The notes: generated by a model from the letters alone, not told the origin. DNA of 64,000 bases from Planctomycetota bacterium (GCA_965228735.1 OZ245838.1:672001-736000), one strand, 5' to 3'. Counted from the first letter of the stretch, positions 46,432 through 57,010 are shown. Made by a program: numbers and translations.

Positions 46432-46534
46432 GGCGGGGATGTTACGCCCTGACGCGGGCCGGGGCGACCGCCGGGTGGACTCCGGGACACGCCGAATCTT
46501 GCCTCGCCAGCACCCATGAACGATGCTCAATGGA

Positions 46535-47734
46535 ATGCAATCTGATCTGGTGATCGTCGGCGGTGCGCGCACCGCGATGGCGGAATATTCGGGAACCCCC
46601 GGGTTCGGCAAGTTCAAGGACGTCTCCGCGATCGACCTCGCGGCGCACGCGGCGAAGGCGACGCTCGAGCGGGCCGGGGCGAAGCCCGAGATGGTCGACG
46701 AGACGTTCGTCGGCAACGCGGCGCAGAGCAGCTCGGACGCGATCTACGGCGCGCGCCACGTCGCGCTCAAGGCCGGGGTGCCGATCGACAAGCCGGCGCT
46801 GACGATCAACCGACTGTGCGGATCGGGCATCCAGTCCGTCGTCTCCGCGGCGCACTCGCTGCTGCTGGGTGAGAACAAGCTCTGCCTCGCGGGCGGCATG
46901 GAGAACATGAGCCAGGTGCCGCACGTGATCCGCGGCGCGCGTGAGGGTTTTCGCTTCGGTCAGGAGCCCAAGATCGAGGACCTGCTGTTCGCCGCGCTCT
47001 ACGATCCGTTCTGCAAGTTCTTCATGGCGCAGACCGCGGAGAACGTCGCGAAGAAGCTCGAGATCCCGCGCGAGGAGCAGGACGAATACGCGCTGCGCAG
47101 CCACCAGCTCGGCGCCGCCGCGGTGAAGGCCGGCAAGTTCGCGGCCGAGATCGCGCCGCTGACCGTCACGAAGGGGCGCAAGGAGTTCGTCGTCGACAGC
47201 GATGACCACATCAAGCCCGAGACGTCGCTCGAGGCGCTCGCCGGACTGCGCGCCGCGTTCGGCAAGGACGGCACGGTCACGGCCGGCAACGCGTCGGGCA
47301 TCGTCGACGGTGCGGCGATGCTCGTGGTCACGACCGCGGACGCTGCCAAGGAGTACGGCCTGAGCCCGAAGGTGAGGATCAAGTCGTGGGGCATCGCCGG
47401 CGTGCCGCCCGAGGTCATGGGGCTCGGCCCCGTGCCCGCGATCAAGCAGGCCTGCGAGAAGGCCGGCATCGGCGTGCAGGATCTCGATCTCGTCGAGATC
47501 AACGAGGCGTTCTCGGCCCAGTACCTGGGCTGCGAGAAGGAGCTCGGCCTCGACCGTGACAAGTGCAACGTCAACGGCGGCGCGATCGCGCTCGGGCACC
47601 CGCTCGGCGCGACCGGCACCCGGCTGCTGCTGACGCTGATCCGCGAGATGGAGGAGACCGGCAAGGCGCTCGGCTGCGCGTCGGCCTGCATCGGCGGCGG
47701 TCAGGGCATCGCGATGATCCTCGAGAGGGCGTGA
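46535..47734 (+). CDS. Acetyl-CoA C-acyltransferase (thiolase)
   Basis: NRLCGSG, GGMENMS, TAGNASG, NEAF, GHPLGATG, CIGGGQG; alternative start 46523. Confidence 0.95.
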   Translation: MQSDLVIVGGARTAMAEYSGTPGFGKFKDVSAIDLAAHAAKATLERAGAKPEMVDETFVGNAAQSSSDAIYGARHVALKAGVPIDKPALTINRLCGSGIQSVVSAAHSLLLGENKLCLAGGMENMSQVPHVIRGAREGFRFGQEPKIEDLLFAALYDPFCKFFMAQTAENVAKKLEIPREEQDEYALRSHQLGAAAVKAGKFAAEIAPLTVTKGRKEFVVDSDDHIKPETSLEALAGLRAAFGKDGTVTAGNASGIVDGAAMLVVTTADAAKEYGLSPKVRIKSWGIAGVPPEVMGLGPVPAIKQACEKAGIGVQDLDLVEINEAFSAQYLGCEKELGLDRDKCNVNGGAIALGHPLGATGTRLLLTLIREMEETGKALGCASACIGGGQGIAMILERA

Positions 47735-47738
47735 ACCG

Positions 47739-49709
47739 ATGCGGCCCGACACCATCAAGTTCGAGGGGCGCGTCCTCTACCTCACGGAGGACGACGCGAA
47801 GCTCAAGGCGCAGCTGTACGACGGCGTGCCCTTCTCGTACGACCCGAACGAGAAGCTCATCGACAACATCTCGACCGACGAGCTGACGCCCGGCTGGGTC
47901 TGCTACTACTACGACGAGACGCTGGCGCGCTACTGCCTCGTGGGACTGCGGGGCGGCAACGTCGAGCGCGACGCGATCAAGAACGGCGGCTTCGGCGTGA
48001 TCGTCAGCGGCGTGAGCAAGGGCTGCGGCAGCTCGCGCGAGACGGCGCCGTTCTCGGAGCTCAAGGCCGGCGTGCAGCTCGTCATCGCGAAGAACATCGA
48101 GAAGATCTACGGCCAGAACTGCCAGAACATCGGGCTCTTGACCTCGACCGACTTCTCGCTCATCGAGCGGATCGAGCGGGGCGAAGCGATCCCGATCGCG
48201 GAGTTCACCAAGGGGCTCGATCCGATCGCGACCGAGATCGTCCGCCACGGCGGGCTGTTCGCCTACAACAAGGCGCGCCTCGCGGGCGAGACCGCGCCGC
48301 CGGCGGTGACGACGAAGAAGCGCCCGATGACGCTCTGCGAGAAGATCATCAAGGGCCGCGCGATCGCGGACGCCAAGACCGGTCAGCTCGGCATCGACGC
48401 GGTGCAGCCCGGCGACGCGCTGTTCGTGCGCACCGACGTGCGGTTCTCCCACGAGTACGTGACGCCGATGGCCGAGGCGCTGTTCAAGATGGGCCTCGGC
48501 GAGGATGCGCAGATCAACGATCCCGGTTCGGTGTTCGCGTTCCGCGACCACCTGACGTTCCTCGATCGGGTGATGCCGCAGAAGCACATCGACATGGGCT
48601 TGAAGGAGCAGGCCGCGTCACTCGCGACCGTGCAGGAGAAGTTCGCGGCGAGTCAGGGCGTGCGGCTCTACGGCGAGGTCGAGCGCGGCGGCCAGACGGT
48701 CGGCAGCGAGGGTATCTGCCACAACATCGTGATCGAGGACCTCGCGGAGCCGGGGCAGCTCGTGATCGGGACGGACAGCCACACGTGCATGGCGGGCGCG
48801 ATCGGGTGCTTCGCGTTCGGCGTGGGCTCGACGGACATGGCCAACTCGTGGTTCACCAAGGACGTCCGCGTCAAGGTGCCCGAGTCGGTGCGCGTCAACC
48901 TGACCGGCACGCTGCAAGACGGCGTCGCGGCCAAGGACGTGATGCTCTACCTGCTGAGCGACGAGTTCTTCAAGTCGGGCGACGGCATCGGCAAGGTGCT
49001 CGAGTTCGCCGGCCCGGGTACGATGGGGCTGCCGCTCGACGAGCGCGCCACGCTGACGAACATGGCCGTCGAGGCCGGCAGTTTCACGGGCATCATCGAG
49101 GCCGACGAGGTCGTCGTCGACTACATCGGTGACCAGCGCGGCGTCGACAAGGACCAGCTGCGGGCGCAGATCGTGCGCGCCGACGAAGGCGCGACGTACT
49201 GCAAGACGTTCGACATCGACCTGTCCGCGCTGCGGCCGATGGTCGCCACTCCCGGCGACCCGCGGAACGGCATCGAGCTCAGCGAGCTGCGTAGCAAGCA
49301 GGGCGAGGTCAAGGTGAACATCGCCTACGGCGGTTCGTGCACGGGCGGCAAGAAGGCCGACATGGACATGTATGCGGGCGTCGTCAAACGGGCGCTCGAC
49401 CAGGGGCGCACGCTGTCCGACGTGAAGCTCTACATCCAGTTCGGCAGCCAGCGCATTCGCGACTACGCGGAGACGATGGGCTACATCCAGCTGTTCGAAT
49501 CGGCGGGCGTCGAGCTCATCGATCCGAGCTGCGGTGCCTGCATCAAGGCCGGACCGGGCGTGTCGTTCACGCCCGAAGAGGTGACCGTGTCGGCGATCAA
49601 CCGCAACTTCCCGGGTCGTTCCGGACCGGGGCAGGTCTACCTCGCGAGCCCGCTCGTCGTCGCGGCCAGCGCGTTCCTCGGCTACATCGGCGGTCCGGAG
49701 GAGCTGTAG
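47739..49709 (+). CDS. Aconitase-family [4Fe-4S] dehydratase, small-subunit domain fused N-terminal to the large-subunit domain
   Basis: N-terminal DNISTDE and GCGSSRETA; later GICH, DSHT, GSCTG, CGACI, NRNFPGR, YLASP. Confidence 0.88.
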   Translation: MRPDTIKFEGRVLYLTEDDAKLKAQLYDGVPFSYDPNEKLIDNISTDELTPGWVCYYYDETLARYCLVGLRGGNVERDAIKNGGFGVIVSGVSKGCGSSRETAPFSELKAGVQLVIAKNIEKIYGQNCQNIGLLTSTDFSLIERIERGEAIPIAEFTKGLDPIATEIVRHGGLFAYNKARLAGETAPPAVTTKKRPMTLCEKIIKGRAIADAKTGQLGIDAVQPGDALFVRTDVRFSHEYVTPMAEALFKMGLGEDAQINDPGSVFAFRDHLTFLDRVMPQKHIDMGLKEQAASLATVQEKFAASQGVRLYGEVERGGQTVGSEGICHNIVIEDLAEPGQLVIGTDSHTCMAGAIGCFAFGVGSTDMANSWFTKDVRVKVPESVRVNLTGTLQDGVAAKDVMLYLLSDEFFKSGDGIGKVLEFAGPGTMGLPLDERATLTNMAVEAGSFTGIIEADEVVVDYIGDQRGVDKDQLRAQIVRADEGATYCKTFDIDLSALRPMVATPGDPRNGIELSELRSKQGEVKVNIAYGGSCTGGKKADMDMYAGVVKRALDQGRTLSDVKLYIQFGSQRIRDYAETMGYIQLFESAGVELIDPSCGACIKAGPGVSFTPEEVTVSAINRNFPGRSGPGQVYLASPLVVAASAFLGYIGGPEEL

Positions 49710-49729
49710 CCGAATCACCCCTCATACCT

Positions 49730-50764
49730 ATGCGCCGGCCGCTCCATCTCCATATCGGTCACGGCAAGGCCGGCACCTCGACGGTGCAGGTCGCGCTGGG
49801 GCGGGAGATCGAGCGGTTGCGCGGTGCCGGGTTCCTCGTCGCCGATGCCGCGATGGAGTTTCGGGAGGAGGGGGCGATCGAGGCCGGTTCCGCGTTCTAC
49901 GTTGCCGACCGCTGCGCCGAGCGTGAAGCCGGGCTGCGGACCGTGACGGAGCGCTTCCACGCGGTCGGCCAGCAGCTGGCGGGACGCGAAGCGCAGCTCG
50001 TGGTGTCGGCCGAGAGCTTCACCGCGCACGGCGCGGAGCTGCTGGCGCGCGCTTTGCGCCACGCGTTCGAGATCCACGTCGTCTACTACCTGCGGCGGCA
50101 GGACGACTGGATCCCGTCCGCCTGGAACCAGTGGGGCGTGCGCCGAGGGCTGAGCCTCGACGCCTACCTCGAGTGGGCACTTGCCGAATCACGCCCGGAC
50201 TACGAGGGAGTGATCGCGCGCTGGGAAGCGGTCGCCGACACGGTTTCAGTGCGGCCGCTGCACGATTCGGCGCTCGCCGGCGGCCGGGTGGAGGCCGACT
50301 TCTTCGCCGCGATCGGGGCCGGTTTCGAGCCGGCGGCCGTGCCGCGTCAGAACGCGGCGCTGGATCTCGCTCTGCTCGAGACGTTCGCGAGCAGCCGGTT
50401 CCTGTTCGACCGACCGAATGGCGAGGCTGGCGCGAGCCCGCCGAGCGACTTCGCGCGGTGGTTGGTAGCGCGGCTGCCCGACGGGTTCGGGCGCGAACGG
50501 GCGGGGCTCGACGGCAAGCAGCGCGAGCGCGTGCGAGAGCACTTTCTCGCCGTGAACCGACGGCTGCATCGACGCTGGTTCGCGGATCTCGACTTCGACG
50601 CCGTGTTCGGCCCGACTGCGGACGAGGCCGCCTTGGCCGAGCGCGCGACGGCCCAGCGTCAAGGTGCAGCGCAGGTCGATAGGCTGCATCGGGTGCTCGG
50701 GCTGCAGCTGCAGCTCATCCACGAGCTCTGGCAACGACTCGAAGAGCGCAACGACCAGCGTTGA
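49730..50764 (+). CDS. Sulfotransferase-like P-loop protein
   Basis: LHIGHGKAGTSTVQ, VSAESF, YLRRQDDWIPSAWNQ. Confidence 0.7.
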   Translation: MRRPLHLHIGHGKAGTSTVQVALGREIERLRGAGFLVADAAMEFREEGAIEAGSAFYVADRCAEREAGLRTVTERFHAVGQQLAGREAQLVVSAESFTAHGAELLARALRHAFEIHVVYYLRRQDDWIPSAWNQWGVRRGLSLDAYLEWALAESRPDYEGVIARWEAVADTVSVRPLHDSALAGGRVEADFFAAIGAGFEPAAVPRQNAALDLALLETFASSRFLFDRPNGEAGASPPSDFARWLVARLPDGFGRERAGLDGKQRERVREHFLAVNRRLHRRWFADLDFDAVFGPTADEAALAERATAQRQGAAQVDRLHRVLGLQLQLIHELWQRLEERNDQR

Positions 50765-50777
50765 CTCGAGATCGGCC

Positions 50778-50882
50778 GTACCGAACCCGTTTCGAATCCG
50801 CCACGCCCCGCCGGCGACAGGGTCCGACACCGCAAGACCTTGCGCACGCGGGCGGTTGGCGGATTCGAAGCGGGTTCGGTAC
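50778..50882. repeat. REPIN/MITE-like inverted-repeat element, copy 2
   Basis: Left arm (50778-50804) identical to copy 1; right arm (50856-50882) has 2 substitutions; 51-bp spacer. Confidence 0.9.
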
Positions 50883-50899
50883 CGCCACTTTGGGGGCGT

Positions 50900-51373
50900 T
50901 CAGGTGAGCGGGTTACGGCTCGTCCGGCGCAGCGCCCGGAAGCGCACGATGCACGTGGCGAGCAGGACGGGCAGCGCGCCGCAGGCGAGCCAGAACCACG
51001 GCGTGAAGCGCGCGGACACGCTGCGCAGCATGCCGGGGCCCTGGATGACCTCGAACGCGAGGAGGGCGGTCGCGATGACGGCGAGCATCAGGCTGCCCGG
51101 ACGGACGGCCTGGCGCGACGCCGGCGTGCGGGTTTCCGCAAGCGCCATGATCGCGATCAGCGCTGCGCTCCCGAGGCAGGTGCCGCCGGCCGGGGTGTGC
51201 CAGCCGGGCGGGCCGGACGCGGCTTCGAAGAGCCGCGGGAACGCGACCTCGATCCATGGCCAGCGGGACGCGAACGCGATCGTGGCCGCGCTGAGCAGCA
51301 GCGGGATCAGTGAGCCGTTCCGGTCGCGCCGCGGGGGCTGTCGCGGCGGTTCGCGGGAGGCCATGAATCGCAT
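50900..51373 (-). CDS. Small integral membrane protein
   Basis: About 4 hydrophobic segments; start uncertain (51364, 51373 or 51391). Confidence 0.65.
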   Translation of the reverse strand: MRFMASREPPRQPPRRDRNGSLIPLLLSAATIAFASRWPWIEVAFPRLFEAASGPPGWHTPAGGTCLGSAALIAIMALAETRTPASRQAVRPGSLMLAVIATALLAFEVIQGPGMLRSVSARFTPWFWLACGALPVLLATCIVRFRALRRTSRNPLT

Positions 51374-51463
51374 GCCGGTGTTTTGGGCCACCGCGGGGCG
51401 TTCGTCCAGCCCCCGGGTCGGCCGTTATCCGCTGCGGCGGACCCGCGGCCCGTCGACTCGCGA

Positions 51464-51937
51464 TCAGCGGTTCGGGCCGGGCGGATCGGTCGGGACGATG
51501 TGATCGTTGTTACTGCCGCGGCGGGCGGCAGCGCGTTCGGCCAACAACTTGTCGGCCTCGGCGACCTCGGCCTGCTCCTCGATGGACGGGCGATACTCGA
51601 CGCTGACCTCGGTGATCACGGGCGTGAGCACCCAGGTGAAGGGCGGGAAGCCATACCAGTAGTTCTCGCTCGCGGTCTGGAACACCCGCACGTGGTCGCC
51701 CTTCTTGTCGGCGATCTCGCGGGTGACCTCGTCGATCATCGTGTCGATCGTCGTGTTCCCGAGCAGCGGCAGGATGACGCCGACGTTGACGCCGACGTTG
51801 GTGACGCTGCGGATGTAGACCTCTTCGCCGTCGGGGCCGACGCGGCGGTTCCAGTGGGTGGCCGTGCTGTGGAACGAGCAGGCCGAGGTGGCGGCGAGCG
51901 CACTGAGGCAGAGGGTGCTTGCGAGGCGAGATTTCAT
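51464..51937 (-). CDS. Putative lipoprotein
   Basis: Signal with TSAC lipobox-like motif; ENYWYGFPPFTW. Confidence 0.7.
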   Translation of the reverse strand: MKSRLASTLCLSALAATSACSFHSTATHWNRRVGPDGEEVYIRSVTNVGVNVGVILPLLGNTTIDTMIDEVTREIADKKGDHVRVFQTASENYWYGFPPFTWVLTPVITEVSVEYRPSIEEQAEVAEADKLLAERAAARRGSNNDHIVPTDPPGPNR

Positions 51938-52094
51938 GGCAGGAAGTGAAGCCGCCGGGCGCGCGGAGGCAAGGGGGCGCTGCGGGTCTCGGGTATGCGG
52001 CGGTAGGGGTGTCCCGAATCGAGAACGAGCGGTCGGCGGCCGGTGATCGCGGGCGCCGAGGATCCGATCAAGACGGCATGAGTGGGGGCGTTCG

Positions 52095-53003
52095 ATGACC
52101 GACGAGGATTGGGAGCCGTTGCCGCCGGAGCAGCTCGTGCTGCACCCGGGTGAGGATGCCGCGCTCGATCGGGCGGCTGCCGCTCCCGCTTCGCCGGCCC
52201 CGGCCGAGTCGGAGTCGCGCGTGAGCTCGACGGCCGAGCTGCAGCAACAGGCGGCGGCCGTGGCGGCGATCCAAGAGCGCCTCGCGGCGGCCGGCCCGTC
52301 GAAGTCGTTCGTCAGCGCCGTCGAACGGAGCAGCGGCCGGCAGCGGCGACGCCGTCACGCCGCGCAGCGTGCGGACCTGCAGGCCGTGGACGGGCGGGAC
52401 GTGGCGCCGCGGCGCGAAGGCGACCTGCCGCTGCCCGTCGCGTTCGCCGAGGGGCGCGAGGGTCGCGATCCGCGCGAGGAGGAAGCGTGGTTTTGCGCGC
52501 TGCCGGTCGAAGAGCGTGGCCGATTGCACGACGTCTGGGCCAACCAACGCGAACGCAAGCGCCGCATCGCGCGCTGGCGGCCGAAACACGCGTGGCGCGC
52601 GTTCGCGCATACGTCGCTCCTCGCCGCGGTGATCGGCGTTCTGTGCACGCCGCTCGGGCTGTCGCTCGCGCGGGTCGGCGCGATCGCGATGATCGGCGGG
52701 GTCGCGGGCCTCGTGGCGCACATCTGCCGGAGCGGTCGGTTCGGCTACGCGATCGCCGGCGTCGTCACGTTCCTCCTGGGCATGGGCGACGCCCTGCTGA
52801 GTTCGCCGTTCGTGATGATCGCGGGACTGATGTTCTCGTTCGGCTTCGGCGCGCTCGGGATGGAACAGGAGATGCGCTGGTCGGGCGGCTTCGACGCGGA
52901 GCACGATCCGGAGCGCGATCCGGAGCGCGATCCGGAGCACTGTCCGGAGGGCGGTCCGGAGAACGGTCCGGCGGGCGAAGAGCGCCCCGCGAGCGAACCG
53001 TGA
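52095..53003 (+). CDS. Hypothetical membrane protein
   Basis: Soluble N-terminus, about 4 TM segments, C-terminal xPEx repeats. Confidence 0.65.
   Translation: MTDEDWEPLPPEQLVLHPGEDAALDRAAAAPASPAPAESESRVSSTAELQQQAAAVAAIQERLAAAGPSKSFVSAVERSSGRQRRRRHAAQRADLQAVDGRDVAPRREGDLPLPVAFAEGREGRDPREEEAWFCALPVEERGRLHDVWANQRERKRRIARWRPKHAWRAFAHTSLLAAVIGVLCTPLGLSLARVGAIAMIGGVAGLVAHICRSGRFGYAIAGVVTFLLGMGDALLSSPFVMIAGLMFSFGFGALGMEQEMRWSGGFDAEHDPERDPERDPEHCPEGGPENGPAGEERPASEP
52905..52976 (+). repeat. 6 x 12-bp coding tandem repeat (DPER-like)
   Basis: GATCCGGAGCGC x2 followed by 4 degenerate units. Confidence 0.85.
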
Positions 53004-53015
53004 GCCCGTAGGGGC

Positions 53016-54170
53016 TCATGGCAACACGAGTCGCTCGGTCTGGCGTTCGCCGGCTCGGAGGGCGAGTTGGAAGTCGGCGCGCCGGGTGCCGTCGACCGTG
53101 ACCACGAGGCGGTAGAGGCCGGGCGCGACCGGTTCTTCGAGCCAGCACCGGCCCGCGACCGGTGGGGCGTCGTCCGCCGCGAGGCGGCCGCGCTCGGAGC
53201 GGTGGATCCAGCGGTGGCGTTGCTGCGGGCCGCCGGCCAGTCGGAGATGCCACTCGACGGCCCGTTGCCCCGGGTCGAGCGCGCGGTAGCTCGAGTCGAC
53301 GACCTCGACGCCGAGCGCGCACCCCGGTTCGAGGGTGACGCGTTCGTCGTAGCCGTTGCTGCCCGTGAGCGTGAACTCGCGGACGAACGGCTGCAGCGGT
53401 CGGACTCGACCCTCCGCATCGAGCGCGAGCAGGCGCACGCCGTAGGTGCCGGGCTCGAGCTGTGGGAGTTCGTAGCGGCCGTCCGGGTCGGACGCCTGAC
53501 GCGACCACAGCGGGCGCTCGCGGCGCCAGTCGATCGGCGCTCTACGCTCGGCGGCCGGTGGCAGGCGCCAGGTCTCGGCGCGGACGTGCTCGACGGTCGT
53601 GCCGTTCTGATCCTGCAGCTGCACGACGATGCCGGTCGCGGTCGCGGCGCGGGTGAGGAACACCTCGAGTGTGCGCGCGGGAGCGCCGGGCGGCGGCGAC
53701 TGCACGACGTCGCGGAACGGCACGTGGTCGGGGGCTTCGACCACGACGTCGATGCGGGTGTTCGGCGGCACGGTGAGTTCTGCCTCGCCGGCTTCGCCCT
53801 CACCCGTTCGGCGCTCGCGCGGCAACACGAGCGCGTAGGTGAACTGCGCGACCGCGGCGTTGCCGTTCTGCTCGCGGACGACGAGTCGGAGGTTGGGACG
53901 CGCCGCTGGTTCCGGCGTCGGTTCGGGATCGCCGGGAGCCGCGGTCGCCGGGCCTGGCTCGGACGGCTGCTCGGCGGCCTCTGGCATCTCGACCGCGGCG
54001 CGCCGCGCGTCGCTGTTCGATCGCGGGGTCGGTCCGCTGCCGGTCGATGAGGCAGGCTGCGGATCCGCCGGCGTTGGCGCCACGCCATCACCGCCCGCGA
54101 GCAGCCAGATCAGCAGTCCGGCGAGACCGATCACCGCGATTCCGACAACGGCACCGAGTCCCTGACGCAT
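53016..54170 (-). CDS. Membrane-anchored protein with carboxypeptidase-regulatory-like domains
   Basis: N-terminal TM, Pro-rich linker, SDPDGRYELPQLEPGTYGV. Confidence 0.7.
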   Translation of the reverse strand: MRQGLGAVVGIAVIGLAGLLIWLLAGGDGVAPTPADPQPASSTGSGPTPRSNSDARRAAVEMPEAAEQPSEPGPATAAPGDPEPTPEPAARPNLRLVVREQNGNAAVAQFTYALVLPRERRTGEGEAGEAELTVPPNTRIDVVVEAPDHVPFRDVVQSPPPGAPARTLEVFLTRAATATGIVVQLQDQNGTTVEHVRAETWRLPPAAERRAPIDWRRERPLWSRQASDPDGRYELPQLEPGTYGVRLLALDAEGRVRPLQPFVREFTLTGSNGYDERVTLEPGCALGVEVVDSSYRALDPGQRAVEWHLRLAGGPQQRHRWIHRSERGRLAADDAPPVAGRCWLEEPVAPGLYRLVVTVDGTRRADFQLALRAGERQTERLVLP

Positions 54171-54259
54171 CGCAGCATCGTGCCGAGTGCGGCGAGGACC
54201 GTCCAGGTCGGGCGCGCGATCGGCTTGCGCCAGGAGCGGGCCGGGCCCAAGCTCTCGGC

Positions 54260-55609
54260 ATGGCCGCCGAACCCGCACGCCCGCCGCGGCGCCTCCGCAA
54301 CTGGCTCATCGGGTTCGTCGTGCTGCTCGTGGCAGCGGTCTTCGGGCTCGAGTTCGCGCTGCGCACGCTGCTCGCGACGCCCGGGTTGCCGACTCCCGAG
54401 CGCGTCGCGGAGCTGGCGACCGCGGCCCGCGCCGAAGCCGGCGATTGGCGCGTCGATCCCGACCTCGGTCGGGTGCCCGTGTTGGCGCCGCGGAGTCTCT
54501 ACGGCGAGTTCGGGCTGCGCCAGGGTTGGCGAACGCGCGGCAACGTCACGACGAAGCGCGATGGCGTCGTCCGGCTGCTGCACCTCGGCGACGGTGTGAC
54601 GGCCCGCGCAGCCGTGCTGCAGCCGCTGCGCGAACTCTGGCGCGGCGGCGACGTCGAGTTCCTCAACGCCGGGGTGCCCGGGTTCGATCCCGCGGCGTCC
54701 GTCGCGTTCTATCGGCAGCATCAGCGCGATCTCGCGCCCGATCGCGTCGTCGTGTGGCTGCGCGCTGCGGCACTAACGACGCCGCTCGCCGGTTGCGTCG
54801 AGGGCGACGAGTTCGTGCTGTGCGCGCCCGGGTTTCGCGCCCCGGTCGATCCGGATTGGTATGCGAGCAGTGCGCTCTATCGCCGGTGGGCGCTGCGCGG
54901 CTGGGAGCCGGACGCGGGCGTGACGGCGGCCGCCCTGCAGCGCGCGGGGGCCGCGCTCGCGCGCTTGCGCGATGATCTCGCGGAGCGGGCCGTGCCGCTG
55001 GCCGTCGTGCTGCTGCCGGACCGTGGGGCGGGCGCAGGACGATCCGGGCTCGTCGGCGTCCTCGGTCAGCTCGGCATCGACTACCTCGATCTGCAGCCGG
55101 TCGCGGACGAGTTGAACGCGCGCAGCCCGGTGTTCACGGCGCCGGCGCCCGAGCGCCCGGGCGATCCTCCGCCGACGCTCGCGGCGATGCTCGCGCGCGC
55201 CGCCGCCGAACGGCTGCTGCCGGAAACGCCCGTGCGCGTGCTCGCGATGCCCCGCGTCGTCGGACCCGGGGATGCCCAGCAGGTCGTGGTCGAGGCGCCG
55301 CCCGAGTTCGCCGGCCGCCGCGTCATCCTCCTCGGTTCCGCGGCCGGCATCACGCCCGCGGCGGATCTCGGTCGTGGCCGCGTGCCGCTGCGCAGCGACG
55401 AGTATCTGACGCGCACCGCGGCGCGGGCGAACCCGCCGTTCGCGCAGGCGCTGGATGGTGATGGCAAGGCGACGTTCACCGTGCCCGTGCCGGGCGACGT
55501 GGCGGGGCCCGCGGTCGTCTGGCACTGCCCGGTCGTCTGCGACCGGCGTTCCGTGCACTTCGAACTCATCGGCTGGCCCGCGCCGATGATCGTGCGGGCG
55601 CCCGAGTAG
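54260..55609 (+). CDS. SGNH/GDSL-like membrane-anchored protein, apparently degenerate active site
   Basis: TM ending LEFALR; LHLGDGV (Ser of GDS absent), NAGVPGF; extra C-terminal beta domain. Confidence 0.65.
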   Translation: MAAEPARPPRRLRNWLIGFVVLLVAAVFGLEFALRTLLATPGLPTPERVAELATAARAEAGDWRVDPDLGRVPVLAPRSLYGEFGLRQGWRTRGNVTTKRDGVVRLLHLGDGVTARAAVLQPLRELWRGGDVEFLNAGVPGFDPAASVAFYRQHQRDLAPDRVVVWLRAAALTTPLAGCVEGDEFVLCAPGFRAPVDPDWYASSALYRRWALRGWEPDAGVTAAALQRAGAALARLRDDLAERAVPLAVVLLPDRGAGAGRSGLVGVLGQLGIDYLDLQPVADELNARSPVFTAPAPERPGDPPPTLAAMLARAAAERLLPETPVRVLAMPRVVGPGDAQQVVVEAPPEFAGRRVILLGSAAGITPAADLGRGRVPLRSDEYLTRTAARANPPFAQALDGDGKATFTVPVPGDVAGPAVVWHCPVVCDRRSVHFELIGWPAPMIVRAPE

Positions 55610-55618
55610 CGCGGCGCG

Positions 55619-57010
55619 CTACTTCGGCTCGGGCACGTCGATCTCGAGCTCCGGCGTCAGGAGCTTGCCCATCCACAGTTCCTTGTCGCCGCCGACCCAC
55701 ACGGAGGGCTTGAAGTGGAACAGGATCCGGACCGGGCGCGCGCCCGGGAACATGCCGAGCTGGCGGCCGTCCGACCGCCAGTATTCCGGTCGCATCACGA
55801 TGGATCGGATCGTGCCCGCGGGGTGCGGGGCGAACAGCTCGCTCGCCGGGATCATCAGCGGAATGCGCTCGCGCTGCTGCCACTCGGCGCCATCGACCAA
55901 CAGCGTGCAGTGCAGCGGCTGCGGGATCTCGGCGATGGTCGTTCCCGCGACGTTGTACTTCCGGGCGCGGTCGCTGACGTTCTGCAGCTGCACCGCGAAC
56001 GGGGTCGTGTCCGCGTCCGCACAGCCATCGGACCACACGAGCCGCGCGCGCATGCCGTCGTGCTCCTCGCCCCAGTCCGTCATGCGGCCCGCCATGACGA
56101 TCGCCGACGTCGCGATGGGATGCTCCTCCCATGTCGGCCACGGCATGTAGTCGGGCGCGGGCAGACTCTCGATGCGCAGCTCGATGCGGTACTCGCCGGG
56201 CACTTCGGGGAACCACCGGCCCGCGCTGCCCTCGCCGAGGTGCTGGAAGCGCCACCGCGAGTCGTCGCCCCAGTGGTCGCGCTCCGGGTTGCCGACGAGG
56301 TACGGCCGCAAGCCCGACAACGGCACCTCGAACTCCAGCAGCTTGACGATCTGCTTCTGCGCCTTCGTCGAGATGTCGAGGTGGCGGCCGTGCTCGGGGG
56401 CCCAGCGCGCCTCGAACGGTTCGCCCTCGGGCGGCGTGATGCGGGCGACGAGCACGACCGGCAGCACGGCCATACGGCGGCTGCCGATGTGCGTGAAGCG
56501 GTCGACCTCGTCGGCGATGGCCGCCTTGGTCTTGCTGAACGGGAACGGCAGGATGCGCAGCGGCCGCCGCGGGTCGGCCGCGCTCTTGTTCTGCCAGAAC
56601 AGCGCGAGCTCGGCGTCGGTGAACAGCGGCGCCTCGGCGCCGTGCGCCGGCGCGATCCGCAGCTCGAAGTGCTCGTTGCCCGCGGGTTTCGCCTCGGCTT
56701 CGGGTTCGGGGTCCTGCAGCACGATCACTGCGACAACAGTGACCACGGCTGCGAGCGCGAGCAGCGGTTGGACGAGCCCGCGCGACAGCATGCTCGTGCC
56801 CTGCGGGCGCGGCGCGGCGTCGCGCTCGAGCGCGGTGCCGAGCAGCTCGTCCGTCGCCTGCAGCGCGGCATAGCGCGCGCGGGCCGCGGGGTCGCTCCGC
56901 AGTTGCGCGAGGACGGCGCGGCGCTCGTCACCGTGCAGCTCACCGTGGAGCAGCGCGACGAGTTGCGCGTCGATCGGCCGTCGGCCGGCGTCGGAATCGG
57001 ATGCGGTCAT
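55619..57010 (-). CDS. Putative anti-sigma factor with large extracytoplasmic domain
   Basis: LVALLHGEL..DERRAV..L N-terminus, single TM, ATGA overlap with the ECF sigma stop. Confidence 0.75.
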   Translation of the reverse strand: MTASDSDAGRRPIDAQLVALLHGELHGDERRAVLAQLRSDPAARARYAALQATDELLGTALERDAAPRPQGTSMLSRGLVQPLLALAAVVTVVAVIVLQDPEPEAEAKPAGNEHFELRIAPAHGAEAPLFTDAELALFWQNKSAADPRRPLRILPFPFSKTKAAIADEVDRFTHIGSRRMAVLPVVLVARITPPEGEPFEARWAPEHGRHLDISTKAQKQIVKLLEFEVPLSGLRPYLVGNPERDHWGDDSRWRFQHLGEGSAGRWFPEVPGEYRIELRIESLPAPDYMPWPTWEEHPIATSAIVMAGRMTDWGEEHDGMRARLVWSDGCADADTTPFAVQLQNVSDRARKYNVAGTTIAEIPQPLHCTLLVDGAEWQQRERIPLMIPASELFAPHPAGTIRSIVMRPEYWRSDGRQLGMFPGARPVRILFHFKPSVWVGGDKELWMGKLLTPELEIDVPEPK

